This document shows positions 44,064-53,172 of a stretch of 54,678 nt of DNA, in pieces. Numbering within the stretch: position 1 is the stretch's first letter; every line of letters begins with the position of its first letter. This DNA is from an uncultured Staphylococcaceae bacterium (GTDB taxonomy: Bacteria > Bacillota_I > Bacilli_A > RFN20 > CAG-826): contig CAZBUP010000002.1 in the NCBI GenBank assembly GCA_964495145.1, positions 1 to 54,678 on the forward strand. The letters run 5' to 3'. The notes beneath the pieces are model-generated. The model had not been told where the DNA came from and made no database searches. It saw only the letters and a list, made by a program, of their open reading frames with translations. Made by a program: the position numbers and the translations under genes.

Positions 44064-45944
44064 ATGGCTTACGGCATTCTCTATGATTATCTACTGGGAC
44101 AATCGATCGAGGCCTATCGGTACTTCGGGGCCCACTTCACGACCAAGGAGACCAGTCAAAAATATAAAAACGGCCGTGTCAAGAAAATCCAGGAATCCGG
44201 CGTCATGTTTCGACTATATGCCCCGGCCGCCCAAGACGTCAGCCTGATCGGGGAATGGAACGATTGGAGCGTCGGCGTCCACAAAATGAATCGCGTCGAC
44301 GATGCCGGGGTTTATGAGATCTTCATCCCGGGGTTAGTCAATTACCAATCATACAAATACCATTTTCAAGACGCCAAGGGCGTCTATGTCGACAAAGCCG
44401 ACCCGTTTGCCTTTTGCAGCGAATACCGGCCGAACACCTGCTCGCGTTTGTTCGACGTCGAAAATTTCGTTTGGCACGACGATGAGCACTTGAAATGCCG
44501 GACCCGGCAATTCGATCGGTCCATGAGCATCTATGAAATCCATCTCGGCTCCTGGAAGGGGCCGATTGACGGCCGCAACCTCAGCTATGAGGAAATCGCC
44601 GACTATTTGATTCCCTATCTCCGCGACCACGGCTTCACCCACGTGGAAATCATGCCGATCACCCAGTACCCATTCGACGGATCATGGGGCTATCAAGCCA
44701 CCGGTTTTTATTCGGTCGATTCTCGCTATGGGAATCCGATGCAGCTGATGTCGTTCGTCGACCGCATGCATCAGGCTGGTTTTGGGGTCATCCTCGATTA
44801 CGTCTTGGTCCATTTCGCCAGCGATCACCACGCCTTGATTGAATTCGACGGGACCCGTATGTATGAATACGCCGATGGGAAGAACACGTTCAGCCAATGG
44901 GGTTCGCCCCAATTCGATTTGGGCAAAGACCCGGTCCGCAGTTTCTTGATGAGCGGCATCCATTATTTCCTGGCATATTTCCATTTCGACGGCATCCGCG
45001 TCGACGCCGTCAGCAACATCATTTATTGGGACGGGGATTCCAGCAAAGGCGAAAACGCCGGGGCGATTGAGTTCATCAAGCGTTTGAACGGCAAAATCCA
45101 TTTCGCCCACCCCCAAGTGATGATGATTGCCGAGGATTCGACCGCCCATCCCGGCGTCACCCGTCCGCTTGAATACGGCGGGCTCGGTTTTGACTACAAA
45201 TGGGACATGGGCTGGATGAACGATACCTTGAAGTATTACTCGAAAGACCCGATTTATAAGAAGTACGAACATAGCAAGATTACCTTCTCCATGGCTTATT
45301 TCTATTCGGAAAACTTCCTATTGCCGCTCTCGCACGACGAAGTCGTCCATGGCAAGGGAACCATTATCAACAAGATGTGGGGCGACTACGACACGAAATT
45401 CGCCTTGCTTCGGAACTTGTTCACCTATCAATATGCCCATCCGGGCAAAAAACTCAATTTCATGGGCAACGAATTGGCTAGTTTCGATGAATGGAACGAG
45501 CAAAAGTCGCTGCCTTGGAACCTGAAGTCGTATCCCAAACACGATTCGATCGCCCGATTGGTGCGCGATTTGAATTTGATCTACCAAGCCGAACCCGCCC
45601 TTCACGTCGAAGAGTACGATCCGCGCCATTTCAATTGGCTGATGGTCGACAACGCCGAGCAAAGCGTTTTCGCCTTCGAACGCCACGTCGGCACCAGCCA
45701 TTTGATTTTTGTGTTCAATATGACCGGCAATTTCTACTATAATTACAACATTGGCGTCACGCGCCCCGGCACCTACGTCGAAATATTCAACTCCGATAAG
45801 GACGTCTACGGCGGCTGGAACCAATACAACGGGGTTCCGCTTGAAACCTATGAGACGCCGGGACCTGAAGAACGCCCCTATAGCCTGACGATCAAATTAG
45901 CCAGTTTTGGGGCGCTGATTCTCAAATACCAAGCGGAAGCATAA
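44064..45944 (+). CDS. glgB: 1,4-alpha-glucan branching enzyme
   Basis: GH13 motifs (GVILDYVLVHF, FDGIRVDAV, MIAEDST, SHDEVVHGK) are present; 626 aa. RBS is GGAGGTG. Confidence 0.94.
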   Translation: MAYGILYDYLLGQSIEAYRYFGAHFTTKETSQKYKNGRVKKIQESGVMFRLYAPAAQDVSLIGEWNDWSVGVHKMNRVDDAGVYEIFIPGLVNYQSYKYHFQDAKGVYVDKADPFAFCSEYRPNTCSRLFDVENFVWHDDEHLKCRTRQFDRSMSIYEIHLGSWKGPIDGRNLSYEEIADYLIPYLRDHGFTHVEIMPITQYPFDGSWGYQATGFYSVDSRYGNPMQLMSFVDRMHQAGFGVILDYVLVHFASDHHALIEFDGTRMYEYADGKNTFSQWGSPQFDLGKDPVRSFLMSGIHYFLAYFHFDGIRVDAVSNIIYWDGDSSKGENAGAIEFIKRLNGKIHFAHPQVMMIAEDSTAHPGVTRPLEYGGLGFDYKWDMGWMNDTLKYYSKDPIYKKYEHSKITFSMAYFYSENFLLPLSHDEVVHGKGTIINKMWGDYDTKFALLRNLFTYQYAHPGKKLNFMGNELASFDEWNEQKSLPWNLKSYPKHDSIARLVRDLNLIYQAEPALHVEEYDPRHFNWLMVDNAEQSVFAFERHVGTSHLIFVFNMTGNFYYNYNIGVTRPGTYVEIFNSDKDVYGGWNQYNGVPLETYETPGPEERPYSLTIKLASFGALILKYQAEA

Positions 45945-45953
45945 GGAGCATCC

Positions 45954-48359
45954 ATGTTTGATTCAATCGTAGAATTCAAGAAGGAATATGAAACGCGGCT
46001 GATTGAAAAATACGGCCGCGACGTTAAAAACAGCCACGTCACCGAGCGTTATGACATCTTGGGGCGCATGGTCCGGGATTTCGCCGGGAAAGATTGGCGA
46101 CGGACCCGGGAGCAAACCCTCGTCACCGGCCAGAAGCAATTGATCTACTTCTCAATGGAGTTTTTAATCGGGCGTTTGCTCGTCAACAACATGCAAAACC
46201 TCGGCATTTACGAAACGGCGAAACAGGGCCTCAAGGAACTGGGTGTCGACATCCACGAACTGGAACTGCTCGAGACCGACGCCGGCCTCGGTAACGGCGG
46301 GTTAGGCCGCCTGGCCGCCTGTTTTCTCGACAGCATTGCCTCGCTTGGATATCCCGGCCATGGTAATTGCATCCGCTACGAATATGGGTTCTTCAAACAG
46401 AAGATCGTCGACGGACGCCAAGTGGAAGTGCCCGACCAATGGCTCGTCAACGGCAACGTTTGGGAAGTCCGCAAGCTGAAGCACGCCGTCGAAGTCAAGT
46501 TCTACGGCAATTCCGAAACCTACATCAAGCCCGACGGTGGCTATGCCATCCGCACCGCCAATGCCGTCTGCATCAAGGCCGTTCCCTACGACATGTCGGT
46601 GGTCGGCTACCGCAACCACGTGTCCAATTACCTGCGGTTGTGGGGCGCTGAGCCGAGCGAGGAAAACCTTCCCAGCAACCAACGCTTCGAAGATTATCTG
46701 CAGACGGTCCGCGAGCTGACCCACGGCCTTTATCCCGACGACACGACCGAACATGGGCGCATCCTCAGGCTGCGCCAGCAGTATTTCCTCGTGTCGGCCG
46801 GCCTCCAATCGGCGATGCGGGGCCATTTCCGCCGCTACAAGACCTTGAAGGATTTCTATAAATTCTTCGTGTTCCAATTGAACGATACCCATCCGATTCT
46901 GGCCATCCCCGAATTCATGCGCCTGTTGATTGACGAATACGGTTATTCCTGGGACAACGCCTGGTATCAAGTGACCCGCTGCATGGCCTACACCAACCAT
47001 ACGACCATGGCCGAGGCCCTCGAGAAATGGCCGGTCCATTACGTCCAGCAATTGATACCCCGCTGCTACATGATCATCGAAGAAATTCATCGACGCAGCC
47101 AAATCCACTACAACGACATCGGGGTCAGCGATGACGCCAAGCGCAACATGGCCGTCATCCGCGACGGCATGGTCCACATGACCAACCTCGCGTTGTATAC
47201 GACCTTCTCCGTCAATGGAGTCGCTGCCTTGCACACCGAGATTTTGAAGAAGGATACCTTCTCCGATTTCTATAAATTCTTTCCCGAAAAATTCAACAAC
47301 AAGACGAACGGCATCACCCATCGGCGCTGGTTCTTGTACGCCAACCCTAAATTGGCCGCTTTGGTAAGCGAGAAAATCGGCGAGGGATGGATTACGGACT
47401 CGAGACAACTCGAAAAGTTCTTGCCGTTTGCCGAAGACGCCAACGTCCAGCAGCGCTTTTTGGCCATCAAGCACGAGATGAAAACGGCCTTGGCCGACTA
47501 TGTTCGGGTCAAAAACAAAATCGAACTGGACACCAACGCGATCTTTGACGTGCAAGTGAAACGGCTCCATGCCTATAAGCGGCAGTTGATGAACCTTTTC
47601 CACATCATGTATTTGTACATCCGGATGAAGGATGATTCTTTCTTCAGGATCCATCCCCAGACCTTCGTATTCGGCGCCAAGGCGGCCCCGAGTTACGTCT
47701 ACGCCAAGAAGATCATCGAATTGATCAACGCCGTGGCCGAACGGATCAACCGCGATCCCGACGTGGCTCCCTACATGAAAGTCGTCTTCATTGAGAATTA
47801 CGGCGTCAGCTTGGCCGAAATGATCATTCCGGCCACCGACGTCTCCGAACAGATCAGCACGGCCGGCAAAGAAGCCAGCGGCACCGGCAACATGAAATTC
47901 ATGATGAACGGGGCCGTGACCCTGGGCACGCTCGACGGGGCCAACGTCGAGATTTCTAATCTCGTCGGCCATGACCACGCCGTCATCTTCGGGCTGAAGG
48001 CCCCCGAAGTCGAGGATCTGCGCCGCAAGGGTTCCTATAACCCCTGGGACGTTTACAACAAGGATTTCCGCCTGCGGCGCATCATCGATTCGCTGATCGA
48101 CGGCACGTGGAGCGACGGCAATGCCGACAAATTCCGGCCGATCTTCGACGAATTGATGTACCATAACGACGAATATTTCATCCTGGCCGACTTTGACGCC
48201 TACGTCAAAGCCCACGAAGCCATGGTCGCCAAATACGAAGACCAGGCGGCTTGGGCCCGTAGCGCCCTCGTCAACGTGGCCAAATCCGGCTTCTTCAGTT
48301 CCGACCGCACCATCGAGCAATACAATGCCGACATTTGGCATTTGGAAAAAGTCAAATGA
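45954..48359 (+). CDS. glgP: Glycogen/maltodextrin phosphorylase
   Basis: AGLGNGGLGRLAACFLDS and the PLP-lysine motif EASGTGNMKFMMNGA are present; 801 aa. Confidence 0.96.
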   Translation: MFDSIVEFKKEYETRLIEKYGRDVKNSHVTERYDILGRMVRDFAGKDWRRTREQTLVTGQKQLIYFSMEFLIGRLLVNNMQNLGIYETAKQGLKELGVDIHELELLETDAGLGNGGLGRLAACFLDSIASLGYPGHGNCIRYEYGFFKQKIVDGRQVEVPDQWLVNGNVWEVRKLKHAVEVKFYGNSETYIKPDGGYAIRTANAVCIKAVPYDMSVVGYRNHVSNYLRLWGAEPSEENLPSNQRFEDYLQTVRELTHGLYPDDTTEHGRILRLRQQYFLVSAGLQSAMRGHFRRYKTLKDFYKFFVFQLNDTHPILAIPEFMRLLIDEYGYSWDNAWYQVTRCMAYTNHTTMAEALEKWPVHYVQQLIPRCYMIIEEIHRRSQIHYNDIGVSDDAKRNMAVIRDGMVHMTNLALYTTFSVNGVAALHTEILKKDTFSDFYKFFPEKFNNKTNGITHRRWFLYANPKLAALVSEKIGEGWITDSRQLEKFLPFAEDANVQQRFLAIKHEMKTALADYVRVKNKIELDTNAIFDVQVKRLHAYKRQLMNLFHIMYLYIRMKDDSFFRIHPQTFVFGAKAAPSYVYAKKIIELINAVAERINRDPDVAPYMKVVFIENYGVSLAEMIIPATDVSEQISTAGKEASGTGNMKFMMNGAVTLGTLDGANVEISNLVGHDHAVIFGLKAPEVEDLRRKGSYNPWDVYNKDFRLRRIIDSLIDGTWSDGNADKFRPIFDELMYHNDEYFILADFDAYVKAHEAMVAKYEDQAAWARSALVNVAKSGFFSSDRTIEQYNADIWHLEKVK

Positions 48360-48847
48360 AAATCGAATTAGCCGATTTGTTCATCCGGCAACAAGAACTC
48401 GACGCCCACATTCAGGCCAATCATCGGCTCGATTATCCCTCGACCCGACGCAAGCGTCTTTTAGCCTTGCTGGTGGAACTGGGAGAATTGGCCAACGAGA
48501 CGCGGGCGTTTAAATTCTGGTCGCTCAAAGGGCCTTCGCCCTTAGAGACCATATTGGACGAATACGCCGACGGGATGCACTTTTTCCTATCGCTCGGCAT
48601 CGATGTGGGCAGCGGCAAGACGACCTACGACATCGCCCGTCCCGAATGCGATTTGGTCGAACAAGTCTTGGAAGCCTATCACCGCATCGACGGCCTGGCT
48701 CAGGAATCGAACGCTGCCCGTTTTGAAGCGGCTTTCCAAAGTTTCCTCGACTTGAGCGCCCTTTTAAGCGTCACCCCGGCGCAAGTCATCGCGGCCTATT
48801 ACAAGAAATTAGGCGTCAATTACCAGCGTCAAACCGATAAGTATTGA
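48356..48847 (+). CDS. Dimeric all-alpha dUTPase-family protein (dUTPase_2 / MazG-like NTP pyrophosphatase fold)
   Basis: LFIRQQELDAHI...LLALLVELGELANETRAFKFWS...LDEYADGMHFFLSLG matches the family pattern as I recall it. ATG 48356 overlaps the glgP stop (ATGA). Confidence 0.65.
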   Translation: MKIELADLFIRQQELDAHIQANHRLDYPSTRRKRLLALLVELGELANETRAFKFWSLKGPSPLETILDEYADGMHFFLSLGIDVGSGKTTYDIARPECDLVEQVLEAYHRIDGLAQESNAARFEAAFQSFLDLSALLSVTPAQVIAAYYKKLGVNYQRQTDKY

Positions 48848-48881
48848 TGGTATAATAATCACCATCACAGGAGATAAAAAC

Positions 48882-49970
48882 ATGACACTAGCAGAACGTT
48901 TGGACTTTTTGAAACAATTCAGCGAAGCGAACGGAATCCCCGGCCACGAGAAGGAAGTGGCCCAGTTGGCCACCAAGATGGTCGACGGCTATGCCGATCG
49001 AGTCGAGTTTGACAACCTCGGCAGCTTCCTCGCCTACAAAGAAGGAGAGCCGGGACAACCGACCATCCTCTTATCGGGCCACATGGACGAAGTCGGCTTC
49101 GTGGTCCACAAGATCGAAGATTCGGGCATGATCCGCATCCACCCGCTCGGCGGCTGGTGGGGCCATGTCATCTTAGCCCAAGTGATGACGATTACGACCC
49201 GGTCCGGCAAACGGATCACCGGCGTGATCGGAGCCCAGCCCCCGCACGGCATGTCACCGGAAATGCGCAAGCAAGTCCTCGACATCAAGGACATGTACTT
49301 GGACCTTGGGGTCACCGACAAAGCCATGGTCGAAGCCCTCGGCATCCGCATTGGGGATATGATTACCCCTTATACCGAATTCAGAGTATTAAACGACGGC
49401 AAGAGCCTGCTTGGCAAAGCCTGGGATAACCGCCTCGGCGTCGCCGCCGGGATCGAAACCTTGCGCAACCTCAAAGGCCTCAAGCATAAGGCCACGGTCG
49501 TGGCCGCCGGCACCGTCCAAGAAGAAGTAGGGCTCCGCGGCGCGCGGACGGCCGCTTACCATGTCAAACCGGACATCGCCTTCGCCATCGACGTCACCAT
49601 GAGTTACGATTTGCCGACCAGCCCCAAAAACGACACCAAGCTGGGCGCCGGCGTCGCCTTGTCAATCATGGACGGGAGCGTGATTGCCCACCGGGGATTG
49701 TTCGACTTTGTCGAAAAGATCGCCAAAGAGAATAACGTCAAGTATACCTACGACATCATGACCGCCGGGGGGACCGACAGCGGCGAAATCCATAAGCAAT
49801 TCGACGGGGTGGTCACCATGACCCTGTCGATTCCGTGCCGCTATTACCATAGCCACGTGTCGATCATCCATTATGACGATTACGTGACCACGGTTGACTT
49901 ATTGACGAAATTGGTTCAAGCCATCGACGCCGACGTCGTCAAAGCACTCAAAGAAACGAAATTCCGCTAG
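48882..49970 (+). CDS. M42-family aminopeptidase (second paralogue, YsdC-like)
   Basis: IPGHEKEVAQL, SGHMDEVGF, AWDNRLG and TVQEEVGLRGA are M42 signatures. By eye it is roughly one-third identical to the 9291-10373 paralogue. Confidence 0.88.
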   Translation: MTLAERLDFLKQFSEANGIPGHEKEVAQLATKMVDGYADRVEFDNLGSFLAYKEGEPGQPTILLSGHMDEVGFVVHKIEDSGMIRIHPLGGWWGHVILAQVMTITTRSGKRITGVIGAQPPHGMSPEMRKQVLDIKDMYLDLGVTDKAMVEALGIRIGDMITPYTEFRVLNDGKSLLGKAWDNRLGVAAGIETLRNLKGLKHKATVVAAGTVQEEVGLRGARTAAYHVKPDIAFAIDVTMSYDLPTSPKNDTKLGAGVALSIMDGSVIAHRGLFDFVEKIAKENNVKYTYDIMTAGGTDSGEIHKQFDGVVTMTLSIPCRYYHSHVSIIHYDDYVTTVDLLTKLVQAIDADVVKALKETKFR

Positions 49971-50458
49971 AGCCGCAAGCGCGCCCGATGGGGCGCGATG
50001 GCGATGTATAGCAAAGCCGCGCCGGTGGCCCCGGCTAAACCTTGCAGTGAATCAAACGGGATCGTCGCCGCCAATAAGGCGCCGCTTGGATCGAAAATCA
50101 AATAGCTGACGGCATAGGTGGCCACCATCAAAGCTGATCCGATCAACAAAGCCCCATAGGAATATGGGGTTTTTATCTTGTGGAAAAGAAAACCGGCCAC
50201 GATCGCTTCGAGCGACTTAGCCACGATTGTGAACGGGATGAAAAACAGGTAACCGCCGTACAAATCGGCCAAACTGGCCCCGATGGCCCCGATGAAAGCG
50301 CCAAAGATCGGATGGATGAAGATAGCCGAAAACAAGACGATGATGTCGCCCAAATTAAAATAGCCAAGGCTGAGCGGAATATGGACGAACGCCGTCAAGA
50401 CGAAGGTCAAGGCGGTCAATAAGGCGGCGAGCGTCATCTGGCGAACGGTTAGTTTCAT
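49967..50458 (-). CDS. ECF transporter S component of unknown specificity (small, about 160-aa class)
   Basis: 163-aa membrane protein with HIPLSLGYFNLGDIIVLFSAI...GASLADLYGGYLFFIPFTIVAKSLEA, a motif typical of small vitamin S components. There is no SD sequence. The candidate promoter TTAACA-18-TAATAT (50498-50469) ends 10 nt before the ATG. Confidence 0.65.
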   Translation of the reverse strand: MKLTVRQMTLAALLTALTFVLTAFVHIPLSLGYFNLGDIIVLFSAIFIHPIFGAFIGAIGASLADLYGGYLFFIPFTIVAKSLEAIVAGFLFHKIKTPYSYGALLIGSALMVATYAVSYLIFDPSGALLAATIPFDSLQGLAGATGAALLYIAIAPHRARLRL

Positions 50459-50499
50459 GACGTTTATTATATTAGCACGAGTGGCCGAAACTTGTTAAA

Positions 50500-51147
50500 A
50501 TGAGTGGCATGAAACCCTGGACCGAAATCGAATGCGCCGGTCGCACCTACGCGGTTATCTTGACCCGCAAGGCCATGCGCCGAATCACCATCAAGCCAGA
50601 ACCGGGCCGGCTCATCGTCCACGCGCCGTTTGGAGTCCCGCTTTCGGTCATCAAGGACACCGTAGCCAAACACCTCCCGAAATGGATGCCGATGCTTGCG
50701 CGCGAAGCACCCCAATCGAGTCATCACATGTATTTTTTAGGGCAGCGGGCCGCTAACGGAGACGCGTACCTCGGTACGATATTCCCGGGACCGCTTGATG
50801 ATTACCTTTCGAACGGGTTCCAAAAGGAACTTCGGAAAAAAGCCGTGACGCTCTTCACCAAAAGAGTCCGCCATTACGAGCAAATCATGGGCGTGGACCG
50901 CCCCTACGCCGTCATCGTCAGGAAGATGGCCGGACGTTTGGGCAGCAACAACAAAACCAAACATAGCATTACCCTCGCTTTGCGATTGATCCATTACGGA
51001 CTCGCCATCATCGACGCCGTCATCGTTCACGAATTGGCCCATCATTTCGCCTTCGACCATTCGAAGCGGTTTTATGAGGTTCTGGCCAAATACTATCCGA
51101 ATTACCGTTCCGAGCATGATAAAATCTTAAAGGGTCAATATCGATGA
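50500..51147 (+). CDS. YgjP-like metal-dependent hydrolase (DUF45 / M48-related, HExxH)
   Basis: The zinc motif VIVHELAHHFAFDHS and the N-terminal pattern RRITIKPEPGRLIVHAP are typical of DUF45. The start is ambiguous between ATG 50500 and ATG 50509, and neither has a good RBS. Confidence 0.7.
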   Translation: MSGMKPWTEIECAGRTYAVILTRKAMRRITIKPEPGRLIVHAPFGVPLSVIKDTVAKHLPKWMPMLAREAPQSSHHMYFLGQRAANGDAYLGTIFPGPLDDYLSNGFQKELRKKAVTLFTKRVRHYEQIMGVDRPYAVIVRKMAGRLGSNNKTKHSITLALRLIHYGLAIIDAVIVHELAHHFAFDHSKRFYEVLAKYYPNYRSEHDKILKGQYR

Positions 51148-51881
51148 TAAAAACGATCACCAGCGCCACCAATCCTTTGATTAAGCGATTGCATGCCCTC
51201 AAATCGGGCAAAGGGCCCGACAGCGCGTCGCATTTTTTGGTATACGGCCACCATCTGGTCACGATGGGACTTGAATCCAATCAAGTCGACATGATCATCG
51301 CCTTGAAACCGCTGGAGGGCATTTCCGAACGCATCGACCAAATCATCGTTCCCGAGCACGTCATCCAGAAACTGAGCGAGCAAGTCACCCCGCAACCCGT
51401 CCTGGCCATGTGCCGGCAGGTGGCCGAAGCCCCTCTTCAGGGCCATCGCATCATTTATCTCGACGGGGTCAACGATCCCGGCAATCTCGGCACGATCTTG
51501 CGATCGGCGGCCGCTTTCGGCGTCGATTTGGTGCTGCTGGGTCAAGCATGTGCCTCTCGCTATAATATAAAAGCCGTAGCCGCCAGCCAAGGCGCCCTGT
51601 TCCGCGTCGCCACCCGGCAAACCCATGAGAGCGATTTAAAGGAACTGAAAGACCGCGGCTATCGCTTCGTCGGGACGCTATTAGACGCCACGGCCGTGCC
51701 CTTGAAGGATTTCTCCTACCCTGAAAAAACGGTGATGTTTTTCGGCTCCGAAGGCCATGGGCTTCGACCCGAACTGATTTCGCTCATGGATCACAAGATC
51801 ATGATTCCAATGGCGCACATCGAGTCATTGAACGTCGCCATGGCCGCCGCCATCGTGTTGTACGATATGAAATACCGCTGA
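51144..51881 (+). CDS. TrmH/SpoU-family RNA 2'-O-methyltransferase (YsgA-like)
   Basis: SPOUT motifs NDPGNLGTILRSAAAFG, FGSEGHGL and ESLNVAMAAAIVLY are present. It lies directly upstream of pheS, as ysgA does in B. subtilis. Confidence 0.85.
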   Translation: MIKTITSATNPLIKRLHALKSGKGPDSASHFLVYGHHLVTMGLESNQVDMIIALKPLEGISERIDQIIVPEHVIQKLSEQVTPQPVLAMCRQVAEAPLQGHRIIYLDGVNDPGNLGTILRSAAAFGVDLVLLGQACASRYNIKAVAASQGALFRVATRQTHESDLKELKDRGYRFVGTLLDATAVPLKDFSYPEKTVMFFGSEGHGLRPELISLMDHKIMIPMAHIESLNVAMAAAIVLYDMKYR

Positions 51882-51906
51882 ATTATTTGTCTTGATTTGA
51901 TATAAT

Positions 51907-52123
51907 AGCCGTATACGTTGACGAGCAGTAGTAGCCCAGCGGTTAATTGATAGGGAAGAGTGACTAGTGGAACCACTCGCAAAGCGCCCGGGCGAATTCA
52001 CCTCCGAGTATGGACGAAGTCCCGTTGGTAGCGTTAATACCTTAGTGCGTAAAAACCTTTTTACGAAATAGGATGGCACCACGGCTTGACGTCGTTCCTT
52101 AGGAATGACTTTTTTTATTTTTT
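51907..52123 (+). promoter_or_regulatory. T-box riboswitch leader of pheST, with predicted specifier UUC (Phe)
   Basis: An extended -10 element TGaTATAAT lies at 51898-51906. AGAG and GTGGAAC stem I elements are present. The classical GAA-UUC-A specifier context places UUC at 51997-51999. A T-box variant AAATAGGATGGCACCACGG is at 52066-52084. The terminator GTCGTTCC-TTA-GGAATGAC (52091-52109) is followed by a T-run. The 5' boundary is approximate. Confidence 0.85.
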
Positions 52124-52135
52124 AGGGGGTATCAC

Positions 52136-53167
52136 ATGGAAGCAATCATCAACCGGATCTTGGCCGAAGCCCAAAGCGTAGTGGCCGGCATCGATTCGGA
52201 CGCGCTCCTGCAGGAAGCGCGCAACCGCTATTTGTCGAAGAAATCGGAACTGATGGGCTTGTTCGCCCAAATGCGCGACGTTCCGGCCGATCTAAAAGCC
52301 GGTTACGGCCAATTGATCAACCAAGCGCGAAACCAAATCGAAGCTTGGCTTGAAACCAAACGGATGGCCCTTGAAAAAGACGCGCTTCGGGCCCGCTATG
52401 AAACCGAAAAAATCGATATCACCCTCCCGGCCGCGACCGAAGAAGCCGGCGTTCGTAATCCGTTTTACATCGTCAAGGACGACATCATTTCGATTTTAAT
52501 CGCCCTCGGCTACCAAGTGGTCGAAGGACCCGAAGTCGAAAGCGACCACTATAATTTCGAATTGATGAACATCCCCAAAGACCATCCCGCCCGCGATATG
52601 CAGGACACCTTCTACATCGATCCGGTCAAATTGCTGCGGACCCACACCTCCCCGGTCCAAGCCCGGACCATGGAACGTTCCTCGGGACAGCCGATTCGGA
52701 TGATTTGCCCCGGGAAAGTCTATCGTCGCGATGACGATGACGCCACCCACTCGCACCAGTTCGCCCAAATCGAAGGCCTATTGGTCGACAAAGATATCAA
52801 TTTAGGTCACCTCCAAGCCACTTTGGATAAATTCATCAAAAAGCTGTTTGGGCCCAAACGCGAGATCCGTTTCCGGTCAAGTTATTTTCCATTCACGGAA
52901 CCAAGCGTCGAAGTCGACGTCAGCTGCAGCGAATGCGGCGGCAAAGGCTGTTCGATGTGCAAGGGGACCGGCTGGATTGAAATATTGGGCGCCGGCATGG
53001 TCCACCCCAACGTGTTGAGAATGTCGGGTTATGATCCCGACGTCTGGTCGGGATTCGCTTTCGGGGTCGGCATCGAGCGCGTGGCCATGCTCCGCTACGG
53101 GATTGACGACATCCGGCGCCTCTACCAAAACGATATCCGCTTCATCAAGCAATTCGTGAAAGGATAA
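52136..53167 (+). CDS. pheS: Phenylalanyl-tRNA synthetase alpha subunit
   Basis: HPARDMQDTFY, LLRTHTSPVQ and FAFGVGIERVAML are class II PheS motifs; 343 aa. Confidence 0.96.
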   Translation: MEAIINRILAEAQSVVAGIDSDALLQEARNRYLSKKSELMGLFAQMRDVPADLKAGYGQLINQARNQIEAWLETKRMALEKDALRARYETEKIDITLPAATEEAGVRNPFYIVKDDIISILIALGYQVVEGPEVESDHYNFELMNIPKDHPARDMQDTFYIDPVKLLRTHTSPVQARTMERSSGQPIRMICPGKVYRRDDDDATHSHQFAQIEGLLVDKDINLGHLQATLDKFIKKLFGPKREIRFRSSYFPFTEPSVEVDVSCSECGGKGCSMCKGTGWIEILGAGMVHPNVLRMSGYDPDVWSGFAFGVGIERVAMLRYGIDDIRRLYQNDIRFIKQFVKG

Positions 53168-53172
53168 TCACC

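Noticed and set aside
46302-48341. A 679-aa open reading frame on the minus strand, entirely antisense to glgP.
   Set aside because: The plus strand encodes an unmistakable glycogen phosphorylase, including the PLP-lysine motif. The antisense translation is low-complexity (rich in V/G/D/H/A/F), has no recognisable motifs and has no RBS. This looks like the usual stop-codon depletion in the frame opposite a strongly codon-biased gene.
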